From assembly GCA_965240325.2 (NCBI GenBank), contig OZ251232.1, positions 1,302,001 through 1,366,000 of the forward strand: 64,000 bases of DNA. The letters are read 5' to 3'. The DNA is from Rebecca billardiae RCC1528. Taxonomy: Eukaryota; Protista; Haptophyta. Shown here piece after piece: positions 45,614-57,633 of this stretch (the first letter of the stretch is position 1; every line of letters starts with the position of its first letter). The translations under genes were made by a program, and so were the position numbers. The notes beneath the pieces are model-generated. The model searched no databases. It was not told where the DNA came from and was given only the letters and a program-made list of their open reading frames with translations.

Positions 45614-46792
45614 ATGAAGTACGTCACGCTCGGCGAGGGCACGCCGCACCCGCTCACGGTGAGCGAGTGCTGCCTGGGCACGATGACGTTTGGCGAGCAG
45701 GCGGACGAGGCCACCTCCTTCGCCATCATGTCGGCGGCGCTCGAGGCGGGCTGCAACTTCTTCGACGTCGCCGAGCTGTACCCGGTGCCGCCGCGCGCGG
45801 AGACGTACGGCGCCTCGGAGGTCATCGTGGGCAAGTGGCTCAAGGAGGAGCCGAGCCGGCGCGAGAAGGTGGTGATCGCGTCGAAGGTGGCCTCGCGCAG
45901 CCCGGGCGCCCGCCTCGCGCACATCGTCGGCGGGCGCAAGTACCCGCCGGGCGAGCAGCCGCCGACCGTTCTGGAGATGAGCCGGCAGCAGGTGCTCGCG
46001 GCGTGCGACGGCTCGCTGGAGCGGCTCGGCGTGCGCTGCATCGACCTGTACCAGCTGCACTGGCCCGACCGGTACAGCGCCATCTTCGACCAGCGCAACT
46101 ACGTGCGCGGCAAGGAGTTCGAGGGCTTCGTCCCGTTCGACGAGACGGTCGGCGCGGTCGGCGAGCTGCTCGCGGCCGGCAAGATCAAGCAGTGGGGCGT
46201 GAGCAACGAGAACGCGCTCGGCGTGGCCAAGCTGCTCGAGTCGTGCGCGCGGCTGGGCGTGCAGAAGCCCGTCACCATCCAGAACGACTTCAGCGTGCTG
46301 CACCGCAAGTTCGAGGAGGACGCGACCGTCGAGGCGTGCGGCCCCGTCCACTCCGGACTCAAACCGCATGGCGTCCTGCTGCTGGCGTACGGCGCGCTCG
46401 CCGGCGGCACGCTCTCGGGCAAGTACACGCTGGGCGCGGACGGGACGCTGCAGTGCAAGGAGAAGCGCGCGCGGCACACGCTCTTCCCCGGCTTCCAGCC
46501 GCGCTACTGGTCGGGCGCCGCCTTCGAGACGACGCAGCGGCTGGTGGCTCTCGCGCGCGAGTGGGGCATGAGCCCGACGTCGCTCGCGCTGCTGTGGTGC
46601 CGCTCCAAGGAGTACCTGGGCGCGGTGATCATCGGCGCGACGAGCGTGGAGCAGACGAAGGAGTGCTGCGCCGCGTTCGAGATGGCGCCGCTCACCGAGG
46701 AGCAGCTGCGCCGAATCGACGAGGCGTGCACCGCCATGTTCACGCCGTACTACTCGCGCGTGGGCGAGATCAAGCCGCCGCCTGCGGCGTGA
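45614..46792 (+). CDS. NADPH-dependent aldo-keto reductase (Tas-like)
   Basis: CLGTMTFGEQ, NFFDVAELYPVPP, IDLYQLHWPDR, GKIKQWGVSNE, AYGALAGGTLSGKY, IIGATSVEQ. Confidence 0.95.
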   Translation: MKYVTLGEGTPHPLTVSECCLGTMTFGEQADEATSFAIMSAALEAGCNFFDVAELYPVPPRAETYGASEVIVGKWLKEEPSRREKVVIASKVASRSPGARLAHIVGGRKYPPGEQPPTVLEMSRQQVLAACDGSLERLGVRCIDLYQLHWPDRYSAIFDQRNYVRGKEFEGFVPFDETVGAVGELLAAGKIKQWGVSNENALGVAKLLESCARLGVQKPVTIQNDFSVLHRKFEEDATVEACGPVHSGLKPHGVLLLAYGALAGGTLSGKYTLGADGTLQCKEKRARHTLFPGFQPRYWSGAAFETTQRLVALAREWGMSPTSLALLWCRSKEYLGAVIIGATSVEQTKECCAAFEMAPLTEEQLRRIDEACTAMFTPYYSRVGEIKPPPAA

Positions 46793-47158
46793 GCCGCGCG
46801 CACAGCCTGCGCGCTCGAGGGTGCGCGTGCACTTGAGCGACATCGGAGCATCGCGCCCGGTGGCGGCAACGTCGCAGAGCGCGGCAAGGGAGGGCACTCG
46901 CCGCGCTGCGGAGGCAGATTGCCTCCGCCGCGTGCCGCCGCCGGCACCCGAGTGTAGGCGTTGTGGCCGCGGGGCCGGCGGCACGGCCTGACTATCCGGC
47001 TCATGTCTGCCATATTTCATCTTTATTATCTGGCCGGCGACCAAGGCCTACTGGTCAGATCACAGATCCGGCAGCCCGCCGACGCAGCATGCCGTCGGAC
47101 CGCATGCACTGGCCTGACAACGGACGATATAGGACGACACTACTACGCGACACGCTGC

Positions 47159-47233
47159 TATATATATATATAATATATATATATATAATATAATATATAT
47201 ATATATATATATATGTATATGTATATATATATA
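47159..47233. repeat. Interrupted (TA)n microsatellite
   Basis: Seen directly. Confidence 0.95.
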
Positions 47234-47535
47234 ACTACAATAAGTCGTAACCTACTTAGGGATTGTCGCAGGCATCCGCGATTAAGACTATAATATAATA
47301 TAATAAGTGCCACGCTACGACATCATTGACGATGATGATATAGCACGCTGCACGGCCCGGAGCGCGCCGACTCATGAGCATGCATATCACGAGCCGGCAA
47401 GGCACGGCGACGGTGACTCCGGACGACGGAGTCCGCGGTCCCCCAACTCCGTCGAGAGACCGTCGACTACAGCAGTCGTCTCATCGTCAGCATATCGAGT
47501 CTTAGTATCGTCGTCAGTCGTCGTCATCAAGATCA

Positions 47536-48672
47536 TCACGAGATCAGGTGCGGCACGTTGGCGAAAATGTTCGCGGCGGGGCAGCCGTTGTGCATCGGGT
47601 GCACCTCGGGCGCGGCGACGAGGAGCGCCACGCCCGCCACGCCCTTGCCCCCGGCCGCCGTGCCCTGCGGCTGCGCGGGCAGCACGCGCCCGCCCGCGCG
47701 CAGCTCGCACTGCTCGGCGTCACAGCCGACCAGCTCGGCGGCGCGGGCCCGCACATCGGCGAGCGAGCATGTGCGCGCGTCGAGGCCGTCGAGGCAGAAG
47801 GCGCAGCTGCCCGGCCCGAGCGTGCGCACGATCACGCGCGCGCCGCCGTCGCCGCCTCCGCCCGCCTCGGCCGCGCTGGGCGGCGGGTCGGAGCGGGCAG
47901 GCAGCTCGCACGCGCCGGCGTCGGGCGTGTGGGCAAGCCGCACGGCCTCGCCGCAGCCCTCGTCGAGCTGGATGGCCACGCGCAGCTGCGTGCCGGCGGG
48001 CGGCGGCGGCAGCTCGAGCGGTGCACCGAGCCACTCGAACGCGTCTGCGCCCGCGCTGCCCTGCTGCTCTCGGGGCACGCCCAAGCTGAGCGCACGCTGC
48101 GCTGCGCTGTACACGACGCGCACGCGCGCGCCCTGCCCGACAGCTGTGCCGTACGCCCGTGGGACGAGGGCGCCACGCTCGTGGGTGAGCAGCCTGCCGG
48201 CGCAGTCGATCCACGTCAGCCACTCCGCCCCGCCCTCATCCGCGCGCTTCCCCGCCGCGTGCGCGACCACGCCCACGCGCATCTCACACGAGCGCGCGCA
48301 CACTCGCTCAATGTCAAAGAACCACCCACTCGCGCCGAGCGGCGCGTCGAGCACGACGCACGGCGTGCCGTAGCGCGCGCCCTTGGTGAGCGTGCGCTTG
48401 GTACCGTCCCATCGCGCCACCGCGGCAAGGCACGACGCCTCCACGATCGGTGCTGGGCTGATCGGCAGCGCCGCGCTCGCCGCAGGGCCGACAACCTCGG
48501 CTGTGCACGCGCGCGCGCCGCGGCTGGCGGAGGCGAGGCTGACGGCGTCAGCGGCACGGCCCGTGTGCGCGAGAATCCGGTGGATCACGCACGTCGGCAA
48601 GTCGAGCAGCGCGATGACGGCGTCCGCGCCGGCGTCGGCGCCCTGACCCCCGTCATCCCGCGGCGGGGGCAT
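47536..48672 (-). CDS. F-box-like + SPRY-like + ubiquitin-like protein
   Basis: LLDLPTCVIHRILAH (F-box-like); GWFFDIE..MRVGVV..YGTAVGQGARVRVVYS (SPRY-like); RVIVRTLG..SLADVRARAAELVGCDAEQCELRAGGRVL (UBL-like). Confidence 0.6.
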   Translation of the reverse strand: MPPPRDDGGQGADAGADAVIALLDLPTCVIHRILAHTGRAADAVSLASASRGARACTAEVVGPAASAALPISPAPIVEASCLAAVARWDGTKRTLTKGARYGTPCVVLDAPLGASGWFFDIERVCARSCEMRVGVVAHAAGKRADEGGAEWLTWIDCAGRLLTHERGALVPRAYGTAVGQGARVRVVYSAAQRALSLGVPREQQGSAGADAFEWLGAPLELPPPPAGTQLRVAIQLDEGCGEAVRLAHTPDAGACELPARSDPPPSAAEAGGGGDGGARVIVRTLGPGSCAFCLDGLDARTCSLADVRARAAELVGCDAEQCELRAGGRVLPAQPQGTAAGGKGVAGVALLVAAPEVHPMHNGCPAANIFANVPHLIS

Positions 48673-49728
48673 CCGTGCGCCGATCCTGCCGACACCGGTC
48701 CCGCGCTTGATTCCTCGTCGGCAATTGTACCGGACGGCGCAGTCTGAACTCTGAATCGCCATCAAGATCGGTGCATAGCCGATGACAGTAGTATACTACT
48801 GTTTCCCACGCCCCCGCTGCTGCGAAGGCGGCGGGGGTGCGCTGCTGTCTGCTTGCCTCTGCGGGCGAGCAGCGCGCAGTTTACGCCGGGCATGTGGACC
48901 TGCCCACCCTTCATCTTCCAGTTCTTCCCTTATTCGGCTGGGGCTCGATCAGTCGACGCGGCGTCGCTCACAGCGCAGGCAGGTGTTTGGCGCGGAGCAG
49001 CCTGCACTCTCGCTAAGGTGGCTGGGAATTGGGATACGACATCTGACAGGTACGTGCAGCAGCAGCTGCAGCACCCTCCCCGTGTGCCCGCGCCCGTCAC
49101 CGTGTCAGTGTGGTGTCAGAGCGCGCTCTCGAGCGCGTGCCTCCGAGCGCGGGGCGGCCGCTTGCTGCAATGGCCGCCTCGATGAGGCCTGCGGAGTGCG
49201 GCAACGCGGCCCGCGGGCCCTCTGACCTGGCGCCGGCGGCCCCTGCGAACGTGCGGCGCCTGCGCCGGTCTGTTTAATTTGTGGCGGTGTCTTTGTGCGG
49301 TACGTGTTGGATGGCGTCAATCACGCCTTAACCAAGTGTGCACGGTAAAACATAGTAAAGCGTATGCCCAATGGGTCGCGACTGTCGCGATTTCGCGAGG
49401 ACGGCCGTCGTGCACTCGCCTGAGAGCGTGCGTCGCAGCATAGTCTCACGTGACACGCTCGAGCCCTCGGGTCTGGTCAGCACACGCGTCAGGCACATGT
49501 GCCGTGCTGGTCGAGTGGTCGGCGCCCGGCTCGCAAGCGCGCTGCGCAGCGGCAGCCAGCGGCAGCGGCTGCGTGCGGCAGAGCCCCGAGCCCGCACTGC
49601 GGTCATAGTGGCCAGCTGAAGCTCGCACAGGGCCAGGGAGGAGACGCGCTCGGGGCATGCGACAGCGCCGCTCGCCCACACGCCGTGGCGCCTCGCCCGA
49701 CGCAGCGCGAGCGCCGCGCACGCGCCGG

Positions 49729-50515
49729 CTAGGACAGCACGGCGCCCTTGAGCGTCGCGTTCGCCGCCTCGAGCTTCCCCTGCGCGTACTTGAGCCCGCG
49801 CGCGTCCACCTTGCCTCCTGGCAGCAGCACCGGCAGCAGCTCGTAGCCGGACAGCCGGCCGGCGGCCGTGCGGTTGGCGAGCGACACGTAGTTCTCGCGC
49901 GCCCACACGCCGCCGCCCCGCTTCTCCAGCGTCTCGCCCAGGGCCGCGTTGTACGCCCACGAGAGCGGCGACCAGCAGCCGCCGATGCACGAGTGGATGG
50001 TCGCGACCTTGTTCGCCTCGTCAAAGGTGAACTGCACGCGGTAGCGCAGCAGCGCGAACTGCTTGATGATGTACCAGCCTGGCAGGTACTTGGGCGACGG
50101 CGCGGTCGCCGCGTACTTCCCGCGCGCGACCTCGCCCTCGAAGGCCGAGCCCGTCGCCTCCGCGGCGACCGTGACCGACTGCGGCGTGAAGTCAAGCCAG
50201 AAGGAGCGCGCCTCCTTGTCGTACGCGTACGCGTACGACATGTCCACCGTCATCGGCGGGTTGAGGCCCGAGAACGCATACACGCCCATGCACGGAATGG
50301 GCAGGTCCTTTCCCGGGCCTGGTGCGGGCGGCGCGGCAGGCGTGCGCGCGCGTGAGCGGCGACCACAGCGCAGGCGTACGCCGCCGCGCGCTGCGCGCAC
50401 CCTGCAGGCCCCACGACTTGATGTCGTTGAGTGATCGTGCCTGCAGTGGCACGAACAACGGGTAGATGAGGTACGCGACGAGCGTGGCCCCCAGGAACTG
50501 CTGCACGCGCTCCAT
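49729..50515 (-). CDS. Hypothetical protein with N-terminal membrane anchor
   Basis: Exons 50515-50401 and 50318-49729; a GT-AG intron joins two frames; typical codon usage. Confidence 0.7.
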
Positions 50516-51040
50516 CGCTGCGCACGCGGAAACGAAGAGCGTGCGGCTCGTCGTGGCGACCAACCGCTCTTGCCGCGCAGTCTCGGCGATGCCGAATTAC
50601 GAGCGCTAAAATGCAAAACTCGAATAAACTTTCTCGCCTTCGAAAATCGATTTGATGGGGCAACGCAGCCGCTCTGCTGAAAGAAAACAGGCCGCGTCAC
50701 GCGTGCCACGAATGATTCATGCCGGGCGGTGCTGATTCGCAGGCCCGCAATCTGGCATCAACCATTTGGTTACGTCAATGGCCGATGAATATCACGCCCC
50801 TTGTCAATTCGTGTATCATCATCGGAATTCTCAACAGCAGGTACTTGGTGCGCGAAGTTTGTCGAAAAATCGAAATGAGCGCTGTCTGCGGTGAAAGCTG
50901 GATGATGATTGGTCTCGGAGGCTGCGGAGGCGGACTTTGGGTACGGGAAAATTAAGTTATTCGTGGGCGGATGTCCGGCCGACCACGCCCGCGCCCCGTG
51001 CGCAACAGCAAAACGCGCGCGTCGTTGGCCGATTGGCAAT

Positions 51041-51601
51041 ATGCTCGGGCGGGCTCGTGCGCTCGCGCTCGCGGTGGCGCTCGCGATCGCGTCTGTGGAT
51101 GCACGCAAGCCGGTGAGTGGCAGCTCCACGGGCAGCTCGCGCATCAAGCCGCTGAACCGCCGCGGCTTGCTCGGCGCATTCCTCCCGGTCCTTGCGATGC
51201 GCCCGCTCGCGACGCTCGCGGTGTCGGAGTACTTGCCACCGGGCTCAGAGACGGAGGAGTTCAAGGCGCTCGACTCTCGCGCGACCGAGTTTGAGCGGAA
51301 GCAGCTCGCCTATCGCAAGGAGTGGCAGCAGCGCGTCGAGGCGCTCACCTCCTCGACGACGGACGAGCAGGTGCTCGCCGCGCTCGAAGGGCTGCGCCAG
51401 TCCTTCCGCAAGACTGGCGACGGCAACCTGCCCGAGGGCGTGAGCCGGGACGCGTTCCTCCGGACGGTCAGGCGCAAGCAGCGCGACATGGAGGCGGCGG
51501 GCCTGTGGGGCAAGGACGTGCGCCTCAGCGTCCTCGACCTGAAGACGTGCATCGACTCTGCGCGCGCCCCCAAGAGGATGGGCGAGGTCGCGTTTGGATG
51601 A
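51041..51601 (+). CDS. Hypothetical plastid protein, possibly thylakoid lumen
   Basis: Signal peptide, Ser-rich transit-like segment, twin-Arg motif LNRRGLLG + hydrophobic stretch + A-x-A-like site. Confidence 0.65.
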   Translation: MLGRARALALAVALAIASVDARKPVSGSSTGSSRIKPLNRRGLLGAFLPVLAMRPLATLAVSEYLPPGSETEEFKALDSRATEFERKQLAYRKEWQQRVEALTSSTTDEQVLAALEGLRQSFRKTGDGNLPEGVSRDAFLRTVRRKQRDMEAAGLWGKDVRLSVLDLKTCIDSARAPKRMGEVAFG

Positions 51602-52258
51602 GCAGCGCCGCGTCACGGCGGTGCGGCGCACCTGCGCACGCGCGCGGCGGTGTGGGCTCCCCTCGCCGTCTCGCCGCTGCTGCGCCGCCCACGAGCTGCG
51701 CCCTTAGGAACGCCTCCGTGGACGGCGTGGATAACGACGGCAGCCCCCCCCCGTCTCCCCGCTGTGCACAGCGAGGGAGGCAGTGGTGCCAGCAGCGATG
51801 GCCGTCTGCTGAGCTGAGTGGAGTGCGTGTGGGTGGCTCGTTCTCGCACCGGGCACTGGCTGGCGGATGGAGTGCACGATATGGTCCGTTGCGCACCGGC
51901 AACATCTGGATGGCCTGTGGGCGCCCGTCAACAGCGCACGGTCCGCTTCGCCTTCGGGGGCAAGCTGCCGGATGACTGGCAGCAGGCCGCCCGCGCGTGA
52001 CAAGCACTGAAGCAGCCCCGGACGTGAGCGGACTTGACCTTCAAGGGGACTGGTTCGCGGTGACATGTACATTGTACCTCGGATGAATCCGCCTGTAGCA
52101 GTAAGAATGACAGTACGTATAGGCTTAGCAACATTTTGATGTCAGCGGACTGTGATCCGGTAGTCACATCACACGGCATGATGTTCCGAGTGTGAAGAAA
52201 ATTAATCAGGAATAGTCCGCCCGCCGGACCCGGTCCGGGAGAAGCGACTGATCTCACA

Positions 52259-53149
52259 ATGGCGGCCGCTCGCGCCCAGCGACTCACGGCGGCCGCGGCT
52301 CGGCGTGTGCTTGCAGCTGACGTCGAATGGCTCAGCGATGCGAGAAACCGGGCGCTCTTTGCACCGAAACAGCTCGAACCCCGACCCGAGGCGCCCCAGG
52401 GCGCCAGCTGGGCCAGCTATTGGCTCGCGCGAGGCTGGCGTGACGTGACCGAAGGGCTGCCCTGCCCACCGCTGGAGCGGCAGCTCTCGGCGATGCTGAC
52501 GTACCCAATGACGATCGCCCATGCGCTCACAGCGCATCGTCGGCGTCTCCTCCCTGTACGCGACGGGGCTGGCGACATGGTCATCCTTTGCGTGGGAGCG
52601 CGTGCTGAGGCCATGCTGCCCCCTTCGGTGTGGCAGGAGCTCTGCCATGCACACCCGGCACAGCGCTTCGCACTGCACATGGTGGGGCCTGGTGTGGGCG
52701 AGGCGCCGAGCTGGGCCGAGGGGGACATCTCCGTCACCTGCCATCGCGGCTTCTACCACGAGCTCGCCCGCGTGGACCCACCGGCAGGCCCGCCCTCTGA
52801 TGCCGATCTTGTTGTCTGCTTCAATCCAGGGTTCGCAGCGGCCGGGTGGGCAAGAGCGTGGGAGCCGACCGTGCGCGCACTGCTGAGCAGCCGCGCGCCC
52901 ATGGTGTGCACGGGCCTGGACGACCGAGACACCGAAGCGTGCCGCGGCTTCGTGCACGGAATCTGCGCTGAGATGCTCGGCCAAGCCAGCGTTCCGCGCC
53001 GCTCGACGATCAACCCGTTTGCGTCGCTGCGGCCGACGGTCTCGGATGACTCCAGCCCAGATTGCGCCGTCCTCTGGAGCAATCACAGCCTCTTCACTGT
53101 GCACCATGAGCGCGGGGCCGGCCCAGACGGCAGGGAAAGCTCCCTTTGA
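52259..53149 (+). CDS. MSS51/ZMYND15 C-terminal-domain-like protein
   Basis: LTYPMTIAHAL, CVGARAEAMLP..WQEL, LHMVGP, RGFYHE, DLVVCFNPGF, WEPTV, NPFASL. Confidence 0.8.
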   Translation: MAAARAQRLTAAAARRVLAADVEWLSDARNRALFAPKQLEPRPEAPQGASWASYWLARGWRDVTEGLPCPPLERQLSAMLTYPMTIAHALTAHRRRLLPVRDGAGDMVILCVGARAEAMLPPSVWQELCHAHPAQRFALHMVGPGVGEAPSWAEGDISVTCHRGFYHELARVDPPAGPPSDADLVVCFNPGFAAAGWARAWEPTVRALLSSRAPMVCTGLDDRDTEACRGFVHGICAEMLGQASVPRRSTINPFASLRPTVSDDSSPDCAVLWSNHSLFTVHHERGAGPDGRESSL

Positions 53150-53417
53150 CTCTCTGCCTCCACGGCGCGCTTGCTTGGCCGCGTGCTTCAGCACGGCGCC
53201 GAGTCGGCCGGAGGCTTGCGGGACTGGCCCGCCACCAGAATCTGGCGGCGGAGCGCTCGCGCCAGTGCCGGTCCGCGGTCGCCCGGACCCCGGTGCGGCA
53301 GTGGCGGGCGGCGGCGTCGCCGCCGGCGCCGCGTCGTCCACGCGGGCGATGTTCGCGACGTCCGATTAGCGCGCGTCGATAGTGACGCCGAGCTAAGTAG
53401 ACATCATTTTTCAGCTA

Positions 53418-53697
<280 letters not shown>

Positions 53698-56388
53698 GAC
53701 GGCTGACGACGCGTGGCACCGCGACCACCGCGGTGGCGCGCGCGCGTCGACGCCAGACGGTGCGTCGAGCTTCCGCTCGGCGATGGAGTGATGGGCGACT
53801 ACGAGGGGGGGGGGACGACGGCGAGGAGCGCTGATCCTGGTGTTTGTCTCTGCTGCTCGATCTGCCGCTACAGCTTGCTGACTCTTCGGACGCCTGCCCG
53901 TTGCATACCACGTCGTTAATATATATATATACTGCTTCATTTTATTAATAATTAATATATGCATCACTGCTGGAGAGTGGAGGTGGAATAATTAAGCCAC
54001 CTGCGTCAGGAAAGTGGCAGCGGAATCCAGCGGATGGCGGCCGCTGCGGCGCCGATGACAGGCGACAGCCAGACTCGGCGCTTCGTCGGGCACGTCATCC
54101 AGCTCAGCCCGGCGGTGGACCGTGGAGCAGCGCTCTGTCGGAGAATCGTGCGTGAGTCCCGGGGCGCCATGCCCGCACTCCGTTGGCCGTATGTTGACGT
54201 CGATGTCCGCTCGGCAATGAACATTGCACTTCGCAAGCTCTGTCTGTCAATCAGACTTGACGTGGGGCTTGCTCCGGCACGCGCGAACATACTGCCAACG
54301 CGAGATGCACAGAGCCGGAACGAAAGGCGTGCACACGATCCACCAGCCGTCGATAGCGGGGACGCCTGCACGTTGCATGCCGTATAAGAGAGCGCAGCAG
54401 AGGCAGCCGATCATGTGCATCCTACTCACGCACAAAAAGAACACATCGCGCTCCTCCAGGGCAATGTCCGCGGCGTCGTCTTTGCGTGCACCCGGCACTG
54501 GATCGCCCGCTTGACCCGCTCGGCTCTTGCCGAACTCGTCGACACCGAGCCCCTCCTGCTGCTCCCCCATGCCCTTCTCTCCCTCCGGGCGCTCGATCTC
54601 GCTTTCCCGTGCCGCCATTGCCGCGCGTGCCCCTTTGCGTCTCCTTCTGGACCAAAACAATGTCCGGGCGAACGGCCGATCGCCCGATCCGTGCATGACC
54701 CGACACATGCCGGCCCGAGAACGATGGCACCTTCGCATACGTGTGCCTTGAAGGCACCTGGGTGCCGAGGAGGCGCGCGAGCGGATTGATGCATTCCTCG
54801 TCAACCGTGCGCTCGCCTCTGCGCTGATGGCCACCATCATCATGCCATACATGTTCGAACCTAGTTCTGGCCACTCTTTCTTGATTCTTCCGTCCTGTTT
54901 GTCGTGGACGTGACACTGAGGCTCCGGATTGTCTGGCAACTCAGCCACTATCTGCTTGCACGTCACGTGTCGCTGGTGACCACGCCACGCTCCGCTTTAT
55001 CAGCGGATGTGGCCTAATATTTACATCGGATCGTCATCTGACCGAACTATTTGCATTTTTGCTTCTTGTCGCCGCTGCATGTGCGTCCATAGATCCGAGT
55101 CGGCGGCGCCCGCGCCGAGCCCGAAGCCGCGGCGATCGAATCACAGCATTCGCGTGCGGTGACGCAGAGTTTTGTGCCTGTGGTGCCGTGTGGAGTGTCA
55201 GTGAGCATTGTTGGCACCGTCCGTGATAGTCCGTGATTCCCCATTTCCCGTCCGACGCCCGCCCGGGTCCGACTAAGCCGCCACTAAGCGGGCCAGTGAC
55301 CGGTGTCAGAGTCGGCCGCCAGCGACCCGGCCCGGGGGCGCTCGACGCGGTCTAGCGCAGAGCCGTTGGCCGAGTAGCTATAGCAATACTCGGAGAGGCA
55401 GTAGTATATCGTCGGACAGAAGTATCAATTGACATAGCACGCACCGTCGTCACTTGATCAATTGACTGCAGCTAGTCATGCGGCAGTCGCGGGCGGCTTA
55501 TTGGCAGAGTCAAGAGTCGGACTGCCTGATCGATGACCACCCGGCGGGCATTCCGACTGACTATTCGCCGCCGCGGATGGTACAGTCCGAGCCAGTGCGG
55601 CTCGGCACCGCACGTCGACAACGCCCTTAGCACTCAGGGCTGCAGCCTGGCGGCGCGGGCCATGCGGCCGGCGTGCGGCCGCGCCACGGACTGCCGTAGT
55701 GAGTGACTCAGTGAGACTACGGTCCGGATGCAAGTGGTGGCGGCGCCTGGCCGAGCGGCGGCGCGCCCGGCCAGCGCGGCCCGCGGCGCCGGGACGCCCG
55801 CGCCGGCCCGGGGCCGGCGCCCGCCCACGGGCCCGAGGCGCCGCGCGCCGCCGCGCGCCGCCGACGGGCCCGCGGACCCGCGCCGCGGCCGCGGGCCGCC
55901 GGGCCGTTGATTGCTGGACACGACCGGGCGGCCGTCCGCAGTACGCGGGCGCCAGACCGACCGGCACGGTCGGTCTGCGGGCTCTGCCGGGCTGCCGGCG
56001 GCCCGGCAGTGCGCGGCAGCGAGTACTGACGGTCCGCGCGGGCCTCGGACTTCAGTCGGCTGCCGGCGCGGCGGCGGGGCGACGCATGCAGGCGCGCGGT
56101 CCCCGGGGCCGCGGGCCCGGTGCCACGCGGACACGGGGATTCCACCAGTCTGCAGGCCTCAGACAAAGACATGCTATGACGTACACGCGCCCTGTACATC
56201 ATGGTATGCTAGCAACATCGTCCGTCGGATCCAATCGGTGGCTGACGGCCCCGGTCGCAGCCCTGAGCCGCCAGTCCGCGTGCGGACCGCGTCCTAAGCC
56301 GGGCAGGCTTCGGTCAGCCAATCATCAAGAGTCACGGTCCCGACGGATGCGCTGCCGTCTGTGGCTGGCGTCGTAGGATGTCGACTCG

Positions 56389-56631
56389 TTAGTTCGCAAA
56401 CTGCGTCACCTCGAGCATCGTGCTGCCCTCGTCGTCATCCCAGTTCGGGTCGCGCGAGTCGAGAGCGACTGAGTACGTCTCCATCGTGTACTCGCTCCCG
56501 GGCGTGCCCCAGACGGTTTTCGAGCCCGCGCCGTTCTTCTTCACGTCTTTGCGGTGGCCCGTCGCCGTCGAGACGCGATCCTTGCGGCGGTCGTCCGGCC
56601 GGAGATGCGCCTTCTTGTAGTAGGCCTCCAT
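56389..56631 (-). CDS. 80-aa protein made of the PDCD4-like N-terminal ribosome-binding motif, without MA3 domains
   Basis: DRVSTATGHRKDVKKNGAGSKTVWGTPG...LDSRDPNWDDDE parallels PDCD4 DRRSRSG..PKKGGAGGKGVWGTPG..DVKDPNYDDD (from recall). Confidence 0.75.
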   Translation of the reverse strand: MEAYYKKAHLRPDDRRKDRVSTATGHRKDVKKNGAGSKTVWGTPGSEYTMETYSVALDSRDPNWDDDEGSTMLEVTQFAN

Positions 56632-56940
56632 GCTTCGCGGGCGAGGTCGGGCGGACGCTGGCCAGGGGCGGCGGCGGCGGCTTGGTGGTTGAGATGACTG
56701 GGTCAAGCCGTGAAGGGGCGCAAGCCGTCCACGCCGAAAGGGCGCCGGGTGGGCAACGGCGGGAGTAGAGCTGAGCAGAATCGAGGCGACGCGTGCGATT
56801 CCGTAGGCGAAACTCGCAGCGCGGCGCCTCATATGTATTGTGGTGCTGCTTGGAGACCCTTCACCAACGGGCGCGGTGAAGGTTTGCAGGCGACGAATCA
56901 CCGCGCACACGGACGCGATTCCAGACGCCACTCGCCAGCC

Positions 56941-57397
56941 ATGGCTGCGCAGGCGCCACCGGTTCCGCAACTGACGCTGGAGCAGGCGAAAGGTGCGCAA
57001 AGCGCGTGTCGGCCCTGCCGTTAAGCCGGCTGGCCCCAGCGCGCCGTCACATCACCCCTCTTTGCGCACTCAGACGCGCGTCCTACACTTGCCCGCACAC
57101 ATCGCGAGCGTTCGCGCAGATGCCTTGCGCGCAGCCATCGCTGCCTTTGAGCTCCCAGAGAACATTCAGCGTATCAAGGACGCTGCCATGGCGGTGCCCG
57201 AGGAGCAGAGGGCGATGGCTGTGCTCCCGATCGTCCAGCAGATCCAGGCGGTGGTTCTCGCAAAGCATGGATTCGAAGGACCACAGGGAGTGTTCCAGGG
57301 CATCATGGCGATCCGCATGCACGCCGCCGATCCAGAGGTCGCGGAGGGGATCCAAAAGATCACGCAGGGGTTCATGGAGTACGTGAAAAATGCATGA
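56941..57397 (+). CDS. C12orf57: Protein C10 (C12orf57) homolog
   Basis: Exons 56941-56992 and 57120-57397; LTLEQAK|DALRAAIAAFELPEN...VLPIVQQIQAVVLAKHGF...DPEVA. Confidence 0.8.
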
Positions 57398-57633
57398 ATG
57401 GCCCAAGTGGCGCGTCAGCAGGGCCGATCGCGAGTGCTGGTCACGCCGTCCTCGGACTCAGAACGGCGATTCACTGTCACGGACCTCGCGAGTCGCAGAC
57501 GGTGCCGCAGCGGATCGGATAACGGATTCGGAGCCGCCAGCGCCCCAGCCGTCTGCGCAGGCCTGTGCCTCGGACTCATCCGAGCTCCGTGGCCGAGTCT
57601 TCCGTACGACTATATACTACGACTGACACTATA

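Noticed and set aside
54000-55250. Lower-GC stretch with short ORFs (e.g. 54247-54966), possible TE or gene relic
   Set aside because: No recognisable transposase, RT or other motif, so no call can be supported.
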